Positions 1 to 9,078 of a DNA stretch of 64,000 bases are shown piece after piece. Every line of letters starts with the position of its first letter. The stretch's first letter is position 1. The DNA is from an uncultured Prevotella sp. Its GTDB lineage: Bacteria; Bacteroidota; Bacteroidia; Bacteroidales; Bacteroidaceae. The stretch is taken from the NCBI GenBank assembly GCA_900555035.1, contig USJX01000001.1:15740-79739 (forward strand). The letters are read 5' to 3'. The notes under the pieces are model-generated. The model did not search any database. It was not told the DNA's origin and saw nothing but the letters and a program-made list of their open reading frames with translations. A program made the position numbers and the translations under genes.

Positions 1-100
1 CAAGAAACACTATCAATAATTTGAATGTAGAATGTGGGGTGTTAAAAGGGGCTACACTTCTTTTAACACCTGATGTTCTGAACCTAATATTGAAAATGAA

Positions 101-1435
101 ATGGTAACAAAGAAAAATAGTCGGAATCCATGGGCTTGGATTCCGACCCTCTATTTTGCAGAAGGACTGCCCAACGTCATTGTGACCGCCCTCTCTGTGG
201 TAATGTATATGCAGTTGGGCCTCACTGATGCAGAGGTGGGTCTCTATACCGGATGGCTCGCCCTGCCTTGGGTAATCAAGCCCCTGTGGAGCCCGTTCAT
301 CGACCTGCTGAAGACCAAGCGCTGGTGGGTGCTCACCATGCAGGCGCTCATCGGAGCCGCCCTTGCCGGCATCGCCTTCTCGCTGCCTACTGCCTTCTGG
401 TTCCAGGCAACGATGTGCTTCTTCTTCCTCATCGCCTTCTGCAGTGCCACCCATGATATTTCGGCGGATGGTTTTTATATGATAGAATTGGATGAGCATA
501 CGCAGACCAAGTTTGTGGGACTGCGAAACACGTTTTATCGCCTCGCCATCATCTTTGTGAATGGATTCCTGGTGATGCTGGCAGGTGTTCTCCAGGTGAT
601 GTTCCGCAACCAGATACGCTTCTCGTGGGCACTTATCTTCTACGGATTGGCGGGCATCTTCATCGGACTGTGGCTCTATCACAGCCGGTTTATGCCGCGC
701 CCTAAGGAGGATGTGCAGACGGATAGAACGGTGGGCGAAGTGGCGCACGAACTGAAGAACATGTTCCGCACCTTCTTCGTGAAGTTCAGGGTGGGGGAAA
801 CCATCTGCGTGATGCTCTTCCTGCTGCTCTATCGCTTCCCGGAAGCACTCCTGAATACGATGACCAAGACCTTCGTCCTCCGTCCGAATTCGCAGGGCGG
901 ACTGGGCTTGTCGCCGCAGGAATATGGCTTTGCCAATGGCACGGTGGGACTGATAGGCTTGCTGCTGGGTGGTATCATCGGCGGTATTCTGGTGAGCCGC
1001 GACGGTATGAAGAAATGGCTCTGGCCGATGGTTTGCGCCATCACCCTGCCGGATGTGGTTTACATCTATCTGAGTTATTCGCTGAACAGCGATATTATCG
1101 TGGTATCGAGCTGCCTTTTCGTAGAGCAGTTTGGCTATGGTCTGGGCTTCACGGTTCTTACGCTCTACATGCTGTTCTACAGTCAGGGCAAGTTCAAGAC
1201 CTCGCATTATTCCATCTGCACGGGCATCTCCTATCTGGGTTTGATGCTGCCAGGCATGGTATCGGGCTATCTGAAAGATATGGTAGGCTATCGCATGTTC
1301 TTCATCATCGTGATGGCCTGCTGCGCCATCACTTTCCTGGTTACTGCCTTCCTGAAGATTGATCCGGAGTTCGGAAAGAAGGAGAAGGATATCAAGGAGG
1401 AAATAGAAGAGGAAGAAATGGAAGTGATAGAATAA
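101..1435 (+). CDS. AmpG-like MFS permease (host)
   Basis: 444 aa, about 12 hydrophobic segments; LYFAEGLP, KPLWSPFID and SATHDISADG motifs typical of AmpG-family MFS transporters. Confidence 0.85.
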   Translation: MVTKKNSRNPWAWIPTLYFAEGLPNVIVTALSVVMYMQLGLTDAEVGLYTGWLALPWVIKPLWSPFIDLLKTKRWWVLTMQALIGAALAGIAFSLPTAFWFQATMCFFFLIAFCSATHDISADGFYMIELDEHTQTKFVGLRNTFYRLAIIFVNGFLVMLAGVLQVMFRNQIRFSWALIFYGLAGIFIGLWLYHSRFMPRPKEDVQTDRTVGEVAHELKNMFRTFFVKFRVGETICVMLFLLLYRFPEALLNTMTKTFVLRPNSQGGLGLSPQEYGFANGTVGLIGLLLGGIIGGILVSRDGMKKWLWPMVCAITLPDVVYIYLSYSLNSDIIVVSSCLFVEQFGYGLGFTVLTLYMLFYSQGKFKTSHYSICTGISYLGLMLPGMVSGYLKDMVGYRMFFIIVMACCAITFLVTAFLKIDPEFGKKEKDIKEEIEEEEMEVIE

Positions 1436-1511
1436 TATTCCTATAGAAGATAGAATCTATCTCTATATGAAGATAGAAACTGTTTTCTATATATAAATAG
1501 GTGAAAATCTG

Positions 1512-1548
1512 AAAAAAGGTCGTTGGGTATCGTCCCAACGACCTTTTT
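1512..1548 (+). terminator. Intrinsic terminator after MFS gene
   Basis: aaaaaaggtcgttggg-tatcgt-cccaacgaccttttt perfect stem plus U-tract. Confidence 0.85.
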
Positions 1549-1586
1549 CTGTTAAAGTATTTGAAATCTTTATCTTCTGCCCTTGT

Positions 1587-1630
1587 GATATCATTTTAAT
1601 ATCGTATATTTGCGATATCAAAATGATATC
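1587..1630 (+). promoter_or_regulatory. Promoter of SPFH operon with GATATC-N5-GATATC operator-like pairs
   Basis: TATATTTG -7 box at 1605-1612 flanked by GATATC/AATATC (1587, 1598) and GATATC/GATATC (1614, 1625). Confidence 0.65.
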
Positions 1631-1662
1631 AACATCAATAACGTAATAAATAAAGTAAAATT

Positions 1663-2631
1663 ATGGAGAATAAGGAATTTACGTATCAGGGAAAGACCTT
1701 GAATGGCATCCTGATGTTAGTATTAAACATCATCGGCTTCCTGGCAGGAGTTGGTTTGTTTATATTTGCCTGCGTTTCGCAAGAAGACTGGCTGGCAAAT
1801 GTCTGTGGCGTTTGTGGCGTACTGCTTCTCATCCTGAGCATCATCTGCGTTTGCGGTTTCATCCTGGTGGAGCCGGGGCAGGCTCGCGTATTGCTTTTCT
1901 TCGGTAAGTATCGTGGCACTTTTACTGAGCCTGGTTACTATTGGCTGAATCCGTTTATCAGTCAGAAGAAGCTTTCGCTTCGTGTGCGCAACCTCGATGC
2001 CGAACCTATCAAGGTGAATGACAAGACGGGTAATCCGATTATGATTGGTATGGTGCTGGTATGGAAACTGAAGGATACCTACAAGGCTATCTTCGAGATT
2101 GATACCCAGACCATGGCTGAGGGTTCTACGGGTCAGGCAGGCATCGGTGCTTCTGCTGCACAGATTATGAATATGCTGGGCCGCTTTGTTCAGATTCAGG
2201 CAGATGCTGCTCTCCGACAGGTAGCCGGACAGTATGCCTATGATGATGACGAGGGTGGAAAGTCGAATCAGATTACGCTTCGAGATGGTAGTGACGAGAT
2301 TAATAAGGAGTTGGAGGCTCGCATCGATGAGCGATTGGCAATGGCTGGTATCGAGGTGGTAGAGGCCCGCATCAACTATCTGGCTTATGCTCCGGAGATA
2401 GCAGCTGTAATGCTTCGTCGCCAGCAGGCTTCAGCCATCATTTCTGCCAGAGAGAAAATAGTAGAGGGAGCCGTGTCGATGGTGAAGATGGCATTGCAGA
2501 AGTTGAGCGATGAAGATGTGGTAGAGCTTGATGACGACAAGAAGGCAGCCATGGTCAGCAATCTGCTCGTAGTGCTCTGTGGCGATGATACCGCCCAGCC
2601 TGTAGTAAATACGGGAACATTGAATCATTAA
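1663..2631 (+). CDS. SPFH/band-7 domain membrane protein (host)
   Basis: Two N-terminal TM helices; KVNDKTGNPI and LAYAPEIAAVMLRRQQA motifs. Confidence 0.9.
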   Translation: MENKEFTYQGKTLNGILMLVLNIIGFLAGVGLFIFACVSQEDWLANVCGVCGVLLLILSIICVCGFILVEPGQARVLLFFGKYRGTFTEPGYYWLNPFISQKKLSLRVRNLDAEPIKVNDKTGNPIMIGMVLVWKLKDTYKAIFEIDTQTMAEGSTGQAGIGASAAQIMNMLGRFVQIQADAALRQVAGQYAYDDDEGGKSNQITLRDGSDEINKELEARIDERLAMAGIEVVEARINYLAYAPEIAAVMLRRQQASAIISAREKIVEGAVSMVKMALQKLSDEDVVELDDDKKAAMVSNLLVVLCGDDTAQPVVNTGTLNH

Positions 2632-2686
2632 TAGAACTTTTGTAAGTGGATGAAGCATGCCCTGAAAGTTCATTCATTAAAAAAGT

Positions 2687-2929
2687 ATGGCAAAAAAGGA
2701 AACAAATATAAAGAGTTTTATATTGCGCATTGATTCGGAAACGATGAGTGCCATTGAAGCGTGGGCGGAGGATGAGTTCCGCTCAACCAACGGTCAGCTG
2801 CAATGGATCATCGCTGAAGCGCTGCGCAAGGCTGGCAGACTGCCGAAGAAAAAGAAGGCTGCATCAAAGAAATCAAAGGAAGAAGATGAATCAAATCAAA
2901 TAGAAGAGAAGAAGAAAGATGAAGAATAA
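2687..2929 (+). CDS. Arc/ribbon-helix-helix DNA-binding protein (host)
   Basis: FILRID...WAEDEFRSTNGQLQW pattern of small RHH proteins commonly linked to SPFH genes. Confidence 0.75.
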   Translation: MAKKETNIKSFILRIDSETMSAIEAWAEDEFRSTNGQLQWIIAEALRKAGRLPKKKKAASKKSKEEDESNQIEEKKKDEE

Positions 2930-3674
2930 AATATTTAATTTTGTGCTTGATTTATTCAAGAATGACGATGAAGAAGAGCCAGCTGGCATCTTTGCGCAAG
3001 TCAAGATTTATCGTTCTACAAGTGCCAGGGTCTTTGAATTTATTGTAGGAATCCTGGTTCTTGCCATGTGGCTGCTCACCATCAGAAACATCATTCATGC
3101 CACATCTGATGATTGGCTTTTGTATATTGTCATAGCTGCGGTAGGTACACTTTTTTCAGTTCAAAACTTGCGTCATAGCTATCATCCCACAGCCATTGAT
3201 TTGCCTTTCGTCAAGATAGTTAATGCCCGACAGGTATATTATCTTTCTCTCAGCAGTCGCTTTGCTTCTGTAGGATTATCTCTCTTCTTTCTATGGATTA
3301 GTTGTGTTGATTTGATAGATAACGAGGATCTGTTTTTTGGAGGAATGGTAGCTTGCGGTGTTCTTTTATGTCTGAACTGTGTATTCTTTTTTTATAAGAT
3401 ATACCAGTTGAGAAACCTGGTAGAAGTAGAGGATCCTGAGCCAGCTATCAAAAACGAAAAACTCTTGACCATCGGTGTATTGGTATTGACGGTGGTTTTA
3501 GGTTTTGCGTTGCATCTCCTGCCAATTTGGGATTGTATGCCAATGATATTAAGTGGATTCTTAAGAGGAATCCTCGTCATAGCAATGGTAGTAGGTATCA
3601 TCTGGGTATGCAATAGATACTTCGGCCTTTTCCGTGAAATTGATAAAGACGCCTCCGATTCATCCAGGAAATAG
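2919..3674 (+). CDS. Hypothetical multi-pass membrane protein (host)
   Basis: About 6 hydrophobic segments; overlaps upstream gene, so operonic. Confidence 0.7.
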   Translation: MKNKIFNFVLDLFKNDDEEEPAGIFAQVKIYRSTSARVFEFIVGILVLAMWLLTIRNIIHATSDDWLLYIVIAAVGTLFSVQNLRHSYHPTAIDLPFVKIVNARQVYYLSLSSRFASVGLSLFFLWISCVDLIDNEDLFFGGMVACGVLLCLNCVFFFYKIYQLRNLVEVEDPEPAIKNEKLLTIGVLVLTVVLGFALHLLPIWDCMPMILSGFLRGILVIAMVVGIIWVCNRYFGLFREIDKDASDSSRK

Positions 3675-3680
3675 AATCGC

Positions 3681-3738
3681 CAGGCGTCCCATAAAGTCTT
3701 CCGTCAGGCGTCCCATAAAGTCTTCCGTCAGGTGTCCC
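3681..3738. repeat. 24-bp tandem direct repeat (2.4 copies)
   Basis: caggcgtcccataaagtcttccgt at 3681 and 3705, partial caggtgtccc at 3729. Confidence 0.9.
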
Positions 3739-3895
3739 GGCGGATTTGTAATCCGCCGTTAAAGAAATGTCCTAACCTATTGGTGCTCTGCGGATTTGCA
3801 ATCCGCAGCAATCAGGGCTATAGTAAGTTGTTGCCAATGTCGCCCTGTAAGGGCAAAAGCTTTATATATGGGATGCTTTTGCTCTTGCAGGGCGC
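3739..3895. repeat. REP-like intergenic palindromes between convergent host genes
   Basis: ggcggatttgtaatccgcc (3739-3757), tgcggatttgcaatccgca (3789-3807), and cgccctgtaagggcaaaagc...gcttttgctcttgcagggcg (3841-3893). Confidence 0.7.
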
Positions 3896-3908
3896 TATTT
3901 TTTTCATT

Positions 3909-4322
3909 TTATTCCCCGATAATCGTTGCGATGAGGTGTCGGCTTCCGCCTCCCTCTCTGAATTCACAGAGGTAAATCCCCTGCCATGTACCAAGGTTCA
4001 GTCTGCCATTGGTAATAGGAATGGTGAGCGATACACCCACCATGCTCGATTTGGCATGCGCCGACATATCCGTAGGTCCTTCATCCTGGTGCAGATATCT
4101 TGGGTCGCCATCTGGAACCAGTCTTTCGAAGATACCCTTTAAATCATATCTCACATCCGGGTCGAAGTTCTCGTTCAGCGACAATCCGCAACTGGTATGT
4201 CTTACGAAGAGATTCAGTATCCCCGTCTTAGGCAGCGCCGGCAAGTTCCTCATCACCTCGTTGGTTACGAGGTGAAAGCCGCGAGGAAGCGGGCGCAATG
4301 AAAATTCTACTTGCTGTATCAT
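3909..4322 (-). CDS. yjbQ: YjbQ/UPF0047 family protein (host)
   Basis: HTSCGLSLNENFDPDV, SAHAKSS and LGTWQGIYLCEF signature motifs. Confidence 0.93.
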   Translation of the reverse strand: MIQQVEFSLRPLPRGFHLVTNEVMRNLPALPKTGILNLFVRHTSCGLSLNENFDPDVRYDLKGIFERLVPDGDPRYLHQDEGPTDMSAHAKSSMVGVSLTIPITNGRLNLGTWQGIYLCEFREGGGSRHLIATIIGE

Positions 4323-4574
4323 ATCATTCTTTATTTTTATATTTCAATTGTTTGTATCTTTCTGATTGTCAATTTACAAAGGTAATTATAATTTTATTAT
4401 TATGATACTATTATAATGCAATTATAGGAAAGTTTAACCATTTAAGGGTATCTCCTTCAATCAAGTCGCGTATATCTCTTCTAATCAAGTTGGGTATTTC
4501 CTTGCTATCTGCTACCCCGAAAAATCTTCTTCTTTAGAAGAAGGAAAAAAACAAGAAAAATAATCCCGAAAAAA

Positions 4575-4606
4575 TTTGGTGGTTTCAAAATAATGATGTA
4601 CTTTTG
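4575..4606 (+). promoter_or_regulatory. Canonical Bacteroidales sigma-A promoter (host) pointing into the prophage junction
   Basis: TTTG (4575-4578)-N20-TACTTTTG (4599-4606). Confidence 0.8.
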
Positions 4607-4999
4607 CACCCGAAATCAAGCATTAAGAGTTGCCCAGTTGCGGCACACCAACCGAGTTTCGCATAAAGATAACCACGGTGGTAAAAGAATGTGTAAGTGT
4701 TTAACAACTTAAAATAATTATCTTTATTATTCCAATATGATTTATTTTACTAGTTAAATATTTGATTTATAGATTGTTATTGAATCCTTTGTTTTAGGCG
4801 AGTAACAAAATAGCAACAATGAAGTGTTAATCTTTGCAAAGTAACTAACTTACCCACATCAAAGATACGAATTAAATCTTATTCACAATTAATTTCAGAA
4901 AAGACTTTAACTTAGATTAACATTGTGTCATTTCGTATATCAAATGTATATCTATTTCCCTAAAAATTCGATTTCGTTTACATTCAACACTTTTTAGCA

Positions 5000-5031
5000 T
5001 TTGGCAGTTCCAAAAAATGTTTCTATCTTTG
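5000..5031 (+). promoter_or_regulatory. Sigma-A promoter at prophage left end
   Basis: TTTG (5000-5003)-N20-TATCTTTG (5024-5031). Confidence 0.8.
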
Positions 5032-5035
5032 CATC

Positions 5036-5146
5036 GTCAAAGTTGCGATTGACAGACTAAAGTAGTCCTCCTTTCAAGGCGCAAGCCTACAAGATATGAC
5101 CCTCTGAGTCGTTGTTCGCAACCAACACTCGGGGGGTCTTTTTTTT
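5036..5146 (+). ncRNA. Candidate structured small RNA / attenuator with kissing loops
   Basis: Four hairpins directly after the promoter, last is a 12-bp stem plus U8; loop GTTGCGA (5042-5048) is complementary to loop TCGCAAC (5116-5122). Confidence 0.65.
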
Positions 5147-5498
5147 GTTCCCCTGAGTTTAATGGCAAGACATACGAGGTTCAATCCGTGCAGTCCTCTT
5201 CGGAGTTATCGACCGATATATAAAACTGCTCAGTCTAGTAGAATATATCCATGTAGGTAAACCCTGCTCTGTCCCATCCATTGACAACAGGTGCCCATCT
5301 GCCGAAAGGCACTACCCCTACATAGATGAATCAAACAAAGCGGGTAACTTTGTTCTATGTAGGCTTTTTGTAAGGAATAATTTACTGCTTATTGTAGTTG
5401 ATAATTAATTAAAAATTTTCCTTGCTGCTGCCCTCTCCATTAGGGGATGGGTAAAGAATGGATAGTATATATAGTTGAACTAGTAAAAATTTTGGCTT

Positions 5499-6161
5499 AT
5501 GGAAATTAATGAAACGTATGATTACAGCAAGTTTAAGTTTCTTTCCTATAATCGCAAAGTAGGTAGTAACAAGAATCTTTCAAAGAGCATAGAAATGGCA
5601 AATCTTACACAAGTTTGTCCTATCATAGTTACTCCTAATATGGATATAATTGATGGTCAGAACAGATTTGAGGTATGCAAAAGTAAAGATATGCCTATCT
5701 ATTATGTAGTTTATGATGGGGATGCTGAGACAGCAATGAAGGCTCTTAATACTTGCGCTCAACCTTGGAGACAAGAAGAATGGATGCAATATTATCTAGC
5801 TAAAGGTGTACCAAATTATGTTGCTCTGAAAAATTTCATGGATATATACCATCTTCCTATCACTAATGCTATCCTTATTTTCAGCAATGGCTCTACGAAT
5901 GCTACAACTTTCAAGAAAGGTATGCTTAACAGAACTGGTAAGTATCATAATGAGATAGCGACATTCTTGAATGATATAGCATCTGTACTTCCTAGAGATA
6001 TTGTCAGTTTTCGGGCTTTTGTGAATGGTGTGATGCTTTTCTTTAATGAATTTGAAGGAGACAAAAGAAAGGTTGAAAAGCTAAAGAAGAAGATAGCCTC
6101 CATCTATAAGTATAGCAGAACAGAAGACTATCTGAATGCTTTTCGTAACTATGTAAAATAG
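5499..6161 (+). CDS. ParB/Srx N-terminal-domain phage protein
   Basis: PIIVT...IIDGQNRF motif of ParB-like nuclease domains. Confidence 0.7.
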   Translation: MEINETYDYSKFKFLSYNRKVGSNKNLSKSIEMANLTQVCPIIVTPNMDIIDGQNRFEVCKSKDMPIYYVVYDGDAETAMKALNTCAQPWRQEEWMQYYLAKGVPNYVALKNFMDIYHLPITNAILIFSNGSTNATTFKKGMLNRTGKYHNEIATFLNDIASVLPRDIVSFRAFVNGVMLFFNEFEGDKRKVEKLKKKIASIYKYSRTEDYLNAFRNYVK

Positions 6162-6499
6162 TGCTTATGAATATAGATTCAATCAGTTGTCAGGTAAGAA
6201 CAGCTCGCAAGCAGCATCTATGTGAGTTGTGCCTTTGCCCTATTCATAAGGGTGATGAGTATAGGTATGAGGTATTGAAGGTAGATGGCAAGATAGAATA
6301 TCATAAGCGGCATCTGGAGTGTGATGAGTTGACCGCCAAGGATGAGTTTCAGACGGAAGACTATGGCTTGCGCTATACTTCCGAGACCTTCTATAGGGCG
6401 GTGTATGACTATATTCATCTGCATCATAATGGGGATGATAGGTGGGCTGGCTCTATGTTTAGCAGAGTGATTTATATATTGAACGAAGTTAATAATTAA
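6161..6499 (+). CDS. Hypothetical phage protein, possible Zn-binding
   Basis: ARKQHLCELC...HLEC pattern. Confidence 0.65.
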   Translation: MLMNIDSISCQVRTARKQHLCELCLCPIHKGDEYRYEVLKVDGKIEYHKRHLECDELTAKDEFQTEDYGLRYTSETFYRAVYDYIHLHHNGDDRWAGSMFSRVIYILNEVNN

Positions 6500-6510
6500 A
6501 ATTTTGGCTT

Positions 6511-6891
6511 ATGGAACTTGATATGTTGATTAGAGATGCCCTGAGCGATGCCAAGTGGTTAATTGCGAAGGGCGGCACGGATAGGGCAGAAGTCCTGAAT
6601 CGTGTGATGGGTAAGATTGATGATGTCATGAAGGAACTGGATGGGGTTGAACTCATCGACCTCAACAAGGTTTGGCATCAGGCGAAAGATGTTATGCCAC
6701 CACGCATTTATCGCGGCAATCATGCAGACTTGCTGTGTGTGCATCAGTTCAATCCTACCTCTCATCCTATTCTTACTCATGAAGAGTACTGCCCTGATGA
6801 GGAAGCGTATCTTAAAGCGAGTCCGAATGACTGGTGGTGTAGAACTGGTGATTTGTTGAAGAAGGAACATCGTGAACTTTATTGGAGATAG
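6511..6891 (+). CDS. Hypothetical phage protein
   Basis: Operonic; upstream aattttggcttATG identical to the leader of 5499 gene. Confidence 0.65.
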   Translation: MELDMLIRDALSDAKWLIAKGGTDRAEVLNRVMGKIDDVMKELDGVELIDLNKVWHQAKDVMPPRIYRGNHADLLCVHQFNPTSHPILTHEEYCPDEEAYLKASPNDWWCRTGDLLKKEHRELYWR

Positions 6892-6918
6892 ATATATTAA
6901 TTTTTAAATAGTTTAATT

Positions 6919-7509
6919 ATGGGTGAAAATTTATGTAGAATGCCAAAGTATATTGGCACAAAAGTAGTTCAGGCAACGCCTATGCCTTTAAAAGATGCAC
7001 AGTATGTGCTAGGTATAGAAATTAAGCCAGCAACCGATGAGGAAGATGGTTATCTTGTAGTTTATAATGATGGTTATCGCTCATGGTCTCCTAAGAGTGT
7101 ATTTGATGCTGCTTATCGTAAACTTGGCGAAATGGATTTTGGCAAGGTTATTGAGGCATTGAAGTCTGGTCTTGCGGTAAGACGCAAGGGATGGAATGGC
7201 AAGGGCTTTTTTATTGTTAAGCAGATTCCTTCACATATTGAAGGCGGCATCATCCCTAATATGCAGTCGCTGCCTCAGTCTGCTAAGAACATTTTGCTGA
7301 GTCGTGAGAATGCGCACATTGATTATACCAATCAGATGTTGATTATCAACCCTGATGGTCGTGCTGATTCTTGGGTTCCATCTGTCTCAGATATTTTTGC
7401 TGAGGATTGGGAGATAGTTGAAGGTAAGGTATCTGATGAGGTTTGCCCTGATTGTGCAGCTCCTTCTGTTTCTTCTGATGAATATTTTAAGAAGAGACAT
7501 GCTAAGTAA
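6919..7509 (+). CDS. Two-domain protein with C-terminal DUF2829/Tad2-like anti-defence sponge domain
   Basis: MDFGKVIEALKSG..VRRKGWNGKG...SWVPSVSDIFAEDWEIV matches the DUF2829 (Thoeris anti-defence 2) pattern; N-terminal YIGTK..GY.VVY.DGY.SWSPK domain. Confidence 0.8.
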   Translation: MGENLCRMPKYIGTKVVQATPMPLKDAQYVLGIEIKPATDEEDGYLVVYNDGYRSWSPKSVFDAAYRKLGEMDFGKVIEALKSGLAVRRKGWNGKGFFIVKQIPSHIEGGIIPNMQSLPQSAKNILLSRENAHIDYTNQMLIINPDGRADSWVPSVSDIFAEDWEIVEGKVSDEVCPDCAAPSVSSDEYFKKRHAK

Positions 7510-7777
7510 ATCTGCTGAATACTACAGAACGCACCCAGCAGCTAGGGCACGGAAGGCGGCTTACGATACTAAGTTCGAGTCTTCTCCTGCCCAGAAGGCT
7601 AAGCGTAGGGAATTGGCTCGTCATAACGCTGCCCACGATAAGAAGTATGGGGCAGCTTCACGCAAGGGAATGGATGCCAGTCACACCAAGGCAGGAATCA
7701 GGTATAAGCCTTCATCGGTGAATCGTGGTTCAAAGACGGATATGGCTGGGGATAGAAGGGCTAGAGGCGGTCGCTGA
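7499..7777 (+). CDS. Small basic protein, possibly degenerate HNH-like
   Basis: Likely ATG at 7499 overlapping upstream gene; Arg/Lys-rich; GMDASH...NRG pattern. Confidence 0.55.
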   Translation: MLSKSAEYYRTHPAARARKAAYDTKFESSPAQKAKRRELARHNAAHDKKYGAASRKGMDASHTKAGIRYKPSSVNRGSKTDMAGDRRARGGR

Positions 7778-7790
7778 TAGTGAATACGAT

Positions 7791-7818
7791 AAAAGGGAGC
7801 CATCATTGACTCCCTTTT
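7791..7818. terminator. Bidirectional terminator between convergent operons
   Basis: aaaagggag-ccatcattga-ctccctttt. Confidence 0.75.
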
Positions 7819-7819
7819 C

Positions 7820-8002
7820 CTATTTGAATAAATCTCTAATATCACAATCTATAGCGTCTGCTACTCTTGTAAGGTAGCTTACGGTTGGGTTTCCGCTGAG
7901 TGCAGCAGATAGAGTACCTTTAGTGATTCCCATCTTGCTGGCTACTTTATCAATGGTCAAGCCCTTCTCCTTGATAACTTCTTTAGCTTTAAGAGTTGAC
8001 AT
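7820..8002 (-). CDS. XRE/Cro-type HTH regulator (Aca-like position)
   Basis: 60 aa; KGLTIDKVASKMGITKGTLSAALSGNPT...LTRVADAI. Confidence 0.85.
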   Translation of the reverse strand: MSTLKAKEVIKEKGLTIDKVASKMGITKGTLSAALSGNPTVSYLTRVADAIDCDIRDLFK

Positions 8003-8013
8003 AAAAGCTATAT

Positions 8014-8205
8014 TTAATAGGTAAAACCATAACCTTCGTTGTTGTCGTACTTAGCGAGCAAACAACCGCCACAATTATAGTAATAAGTGATACCGTCTTT
8101 CTCTTCGGTGTAATCACCCTGTTCCTTACGCTCGTTCATGTAGTTGTCGAACTCGCTGAAAGATACGTTTGCCTGACCTCTGTCGTTAAAATCTAATGCT
8201 GTCAT
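8014..8205 (-). CDS. Small acidic hypothetical protein (cassette 4)
   Basis: 63 aa, D/E/Y-rich, preceded by conserved 24-nt element. Confidence 0.75.
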   Translation of the reverse strand: MTALDFNDRGQANVSFSEFDNYMNERKEQGDYTEEKDGITYYYNCGGCLLAKYDNNEGYGFTY

Positions 8206-8275
8206 AATTGAATGACTTAACCGTGATGTCGAGGGCTTTTTATCTGTTTATTATTCTGTTCCCTAACGTAATATA

Positions 8276-8566
8276 TTAACGCTTCTCGATATGGTAAACC
8301 ACATGTTCCTCTTGTTTTGCAGGCGCAAAACGCTCCCCACCATAATCACTTTCACGAACACCCTTGATAGTAACGCTATTAACTTCGGTAACATCGTAAA
8401 AGTCCTCATTCAATGAGTCTTTTGCCTTAGCCAAGCTATTCTTAGCAGACTTCATGCTATCATAGCAGGCATCCTGGTACCAACCCTGAGATATAGATGT
8501 TCTCTTTTTGCTTCCGTCCTCGAAAATATCGAAGTTCTCTTTTGTAACGTAAATGCCGTAAATCAT
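8276..8566 (-). CDS. Small hypothetical protein (cassette 3)
   Basis: 96 aa, preceded by variant element. Confidence 0.75.
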   Translation of the reverse strand: MIYGIYVTKENFDIFEDGSKKRTSISQGWYQDACYDSMKSAKNSLAKAKDSLNEDFYDVTEVNSVTIKGVRESDYGGERFAPAKQEEHVVYHIEKR

Positions 8567-8622
8567 ATTCTTCTCGCTTAACCGTGGTGCGATAGGGCTT
8601 AGATGTTACTAATATTTTATAA

Positions 8623-8832
8623 TTACTCTTCAACCTTATAATAAAGCTTCAATGGAGCGTCACCATCGCATTTAACGGTGAGGATGCGATGCTCACATAC
8701 AATCTCTGCCAATTCCTTAGCTTCTTCAACACTCATATCCATATCATAAGCGAGACCATCAGGATTTGAAATGTACTCTTTAGCAATCTCCATAGCCTCT
8801 GTCTTAGTGCGAGGGAAAGTATTAATCTTCAT
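8623..8832 (-). CDS. Small acidic hypothetical protein (cassette 2)
   Basis: 69 aa, preceded by element. Confidence 0.75.
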   Translation of the reverse strand: MKINTFPRTKTEAMEIAKEYISNPDGLAYDMDMSVEEAKELAEIVCEHRILTVKCDGDAPLKLYYKVEE

Positions 8833-8874
8833 AACTCATTGACTTAACCGTGATGTCGATGGCTGAATTGGTTA

Positions 8875-9078
8875 TTAATTAATTCCTATTTTCTTCGATA
8901 TGTATTTCACTCTTTTCTCTCGTGTTAAGCTCATAACATATCTTTGTTGATTTTTTGTTACTGGTATAATTCTCTCTTCTACCTCGTAACCATCCTCGTA
9001 TATTTCAACTCTTAAAGCTGGTATAGTTTGAGGATAACCAACGTTCTCTGCATAGATATTTCCAAATTCTTTTGCCAT
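8875..9078 (-). CDS. Small hypothetical protein (cassette 1)
   Basis: 67 aa, first gene after promoter, preceded by element. Confidence 0.75.
   Translation of the reverse strand: MAKEFGNIYAENVGYPQTIPALRVEIYEDGYEVEERIIPVTKNQQRYVMSLTREKRVKYISKKIGIN

Noticed and set aside
3681..3738. Mini-CRISPR interpretation of host tandem repeat
   Set aside because: Units are directly adjacent with no spacers
3732..4275. Plus-strand ORFs 3732-4142 and 4009-4275
   Set aside because: They overlap REP-like repeats and yjbQ antisense
4600..4720. tRNA/tmRNA at the integration site
   Set aside because: No cloverleaf, T-loop or CCA end recognisable
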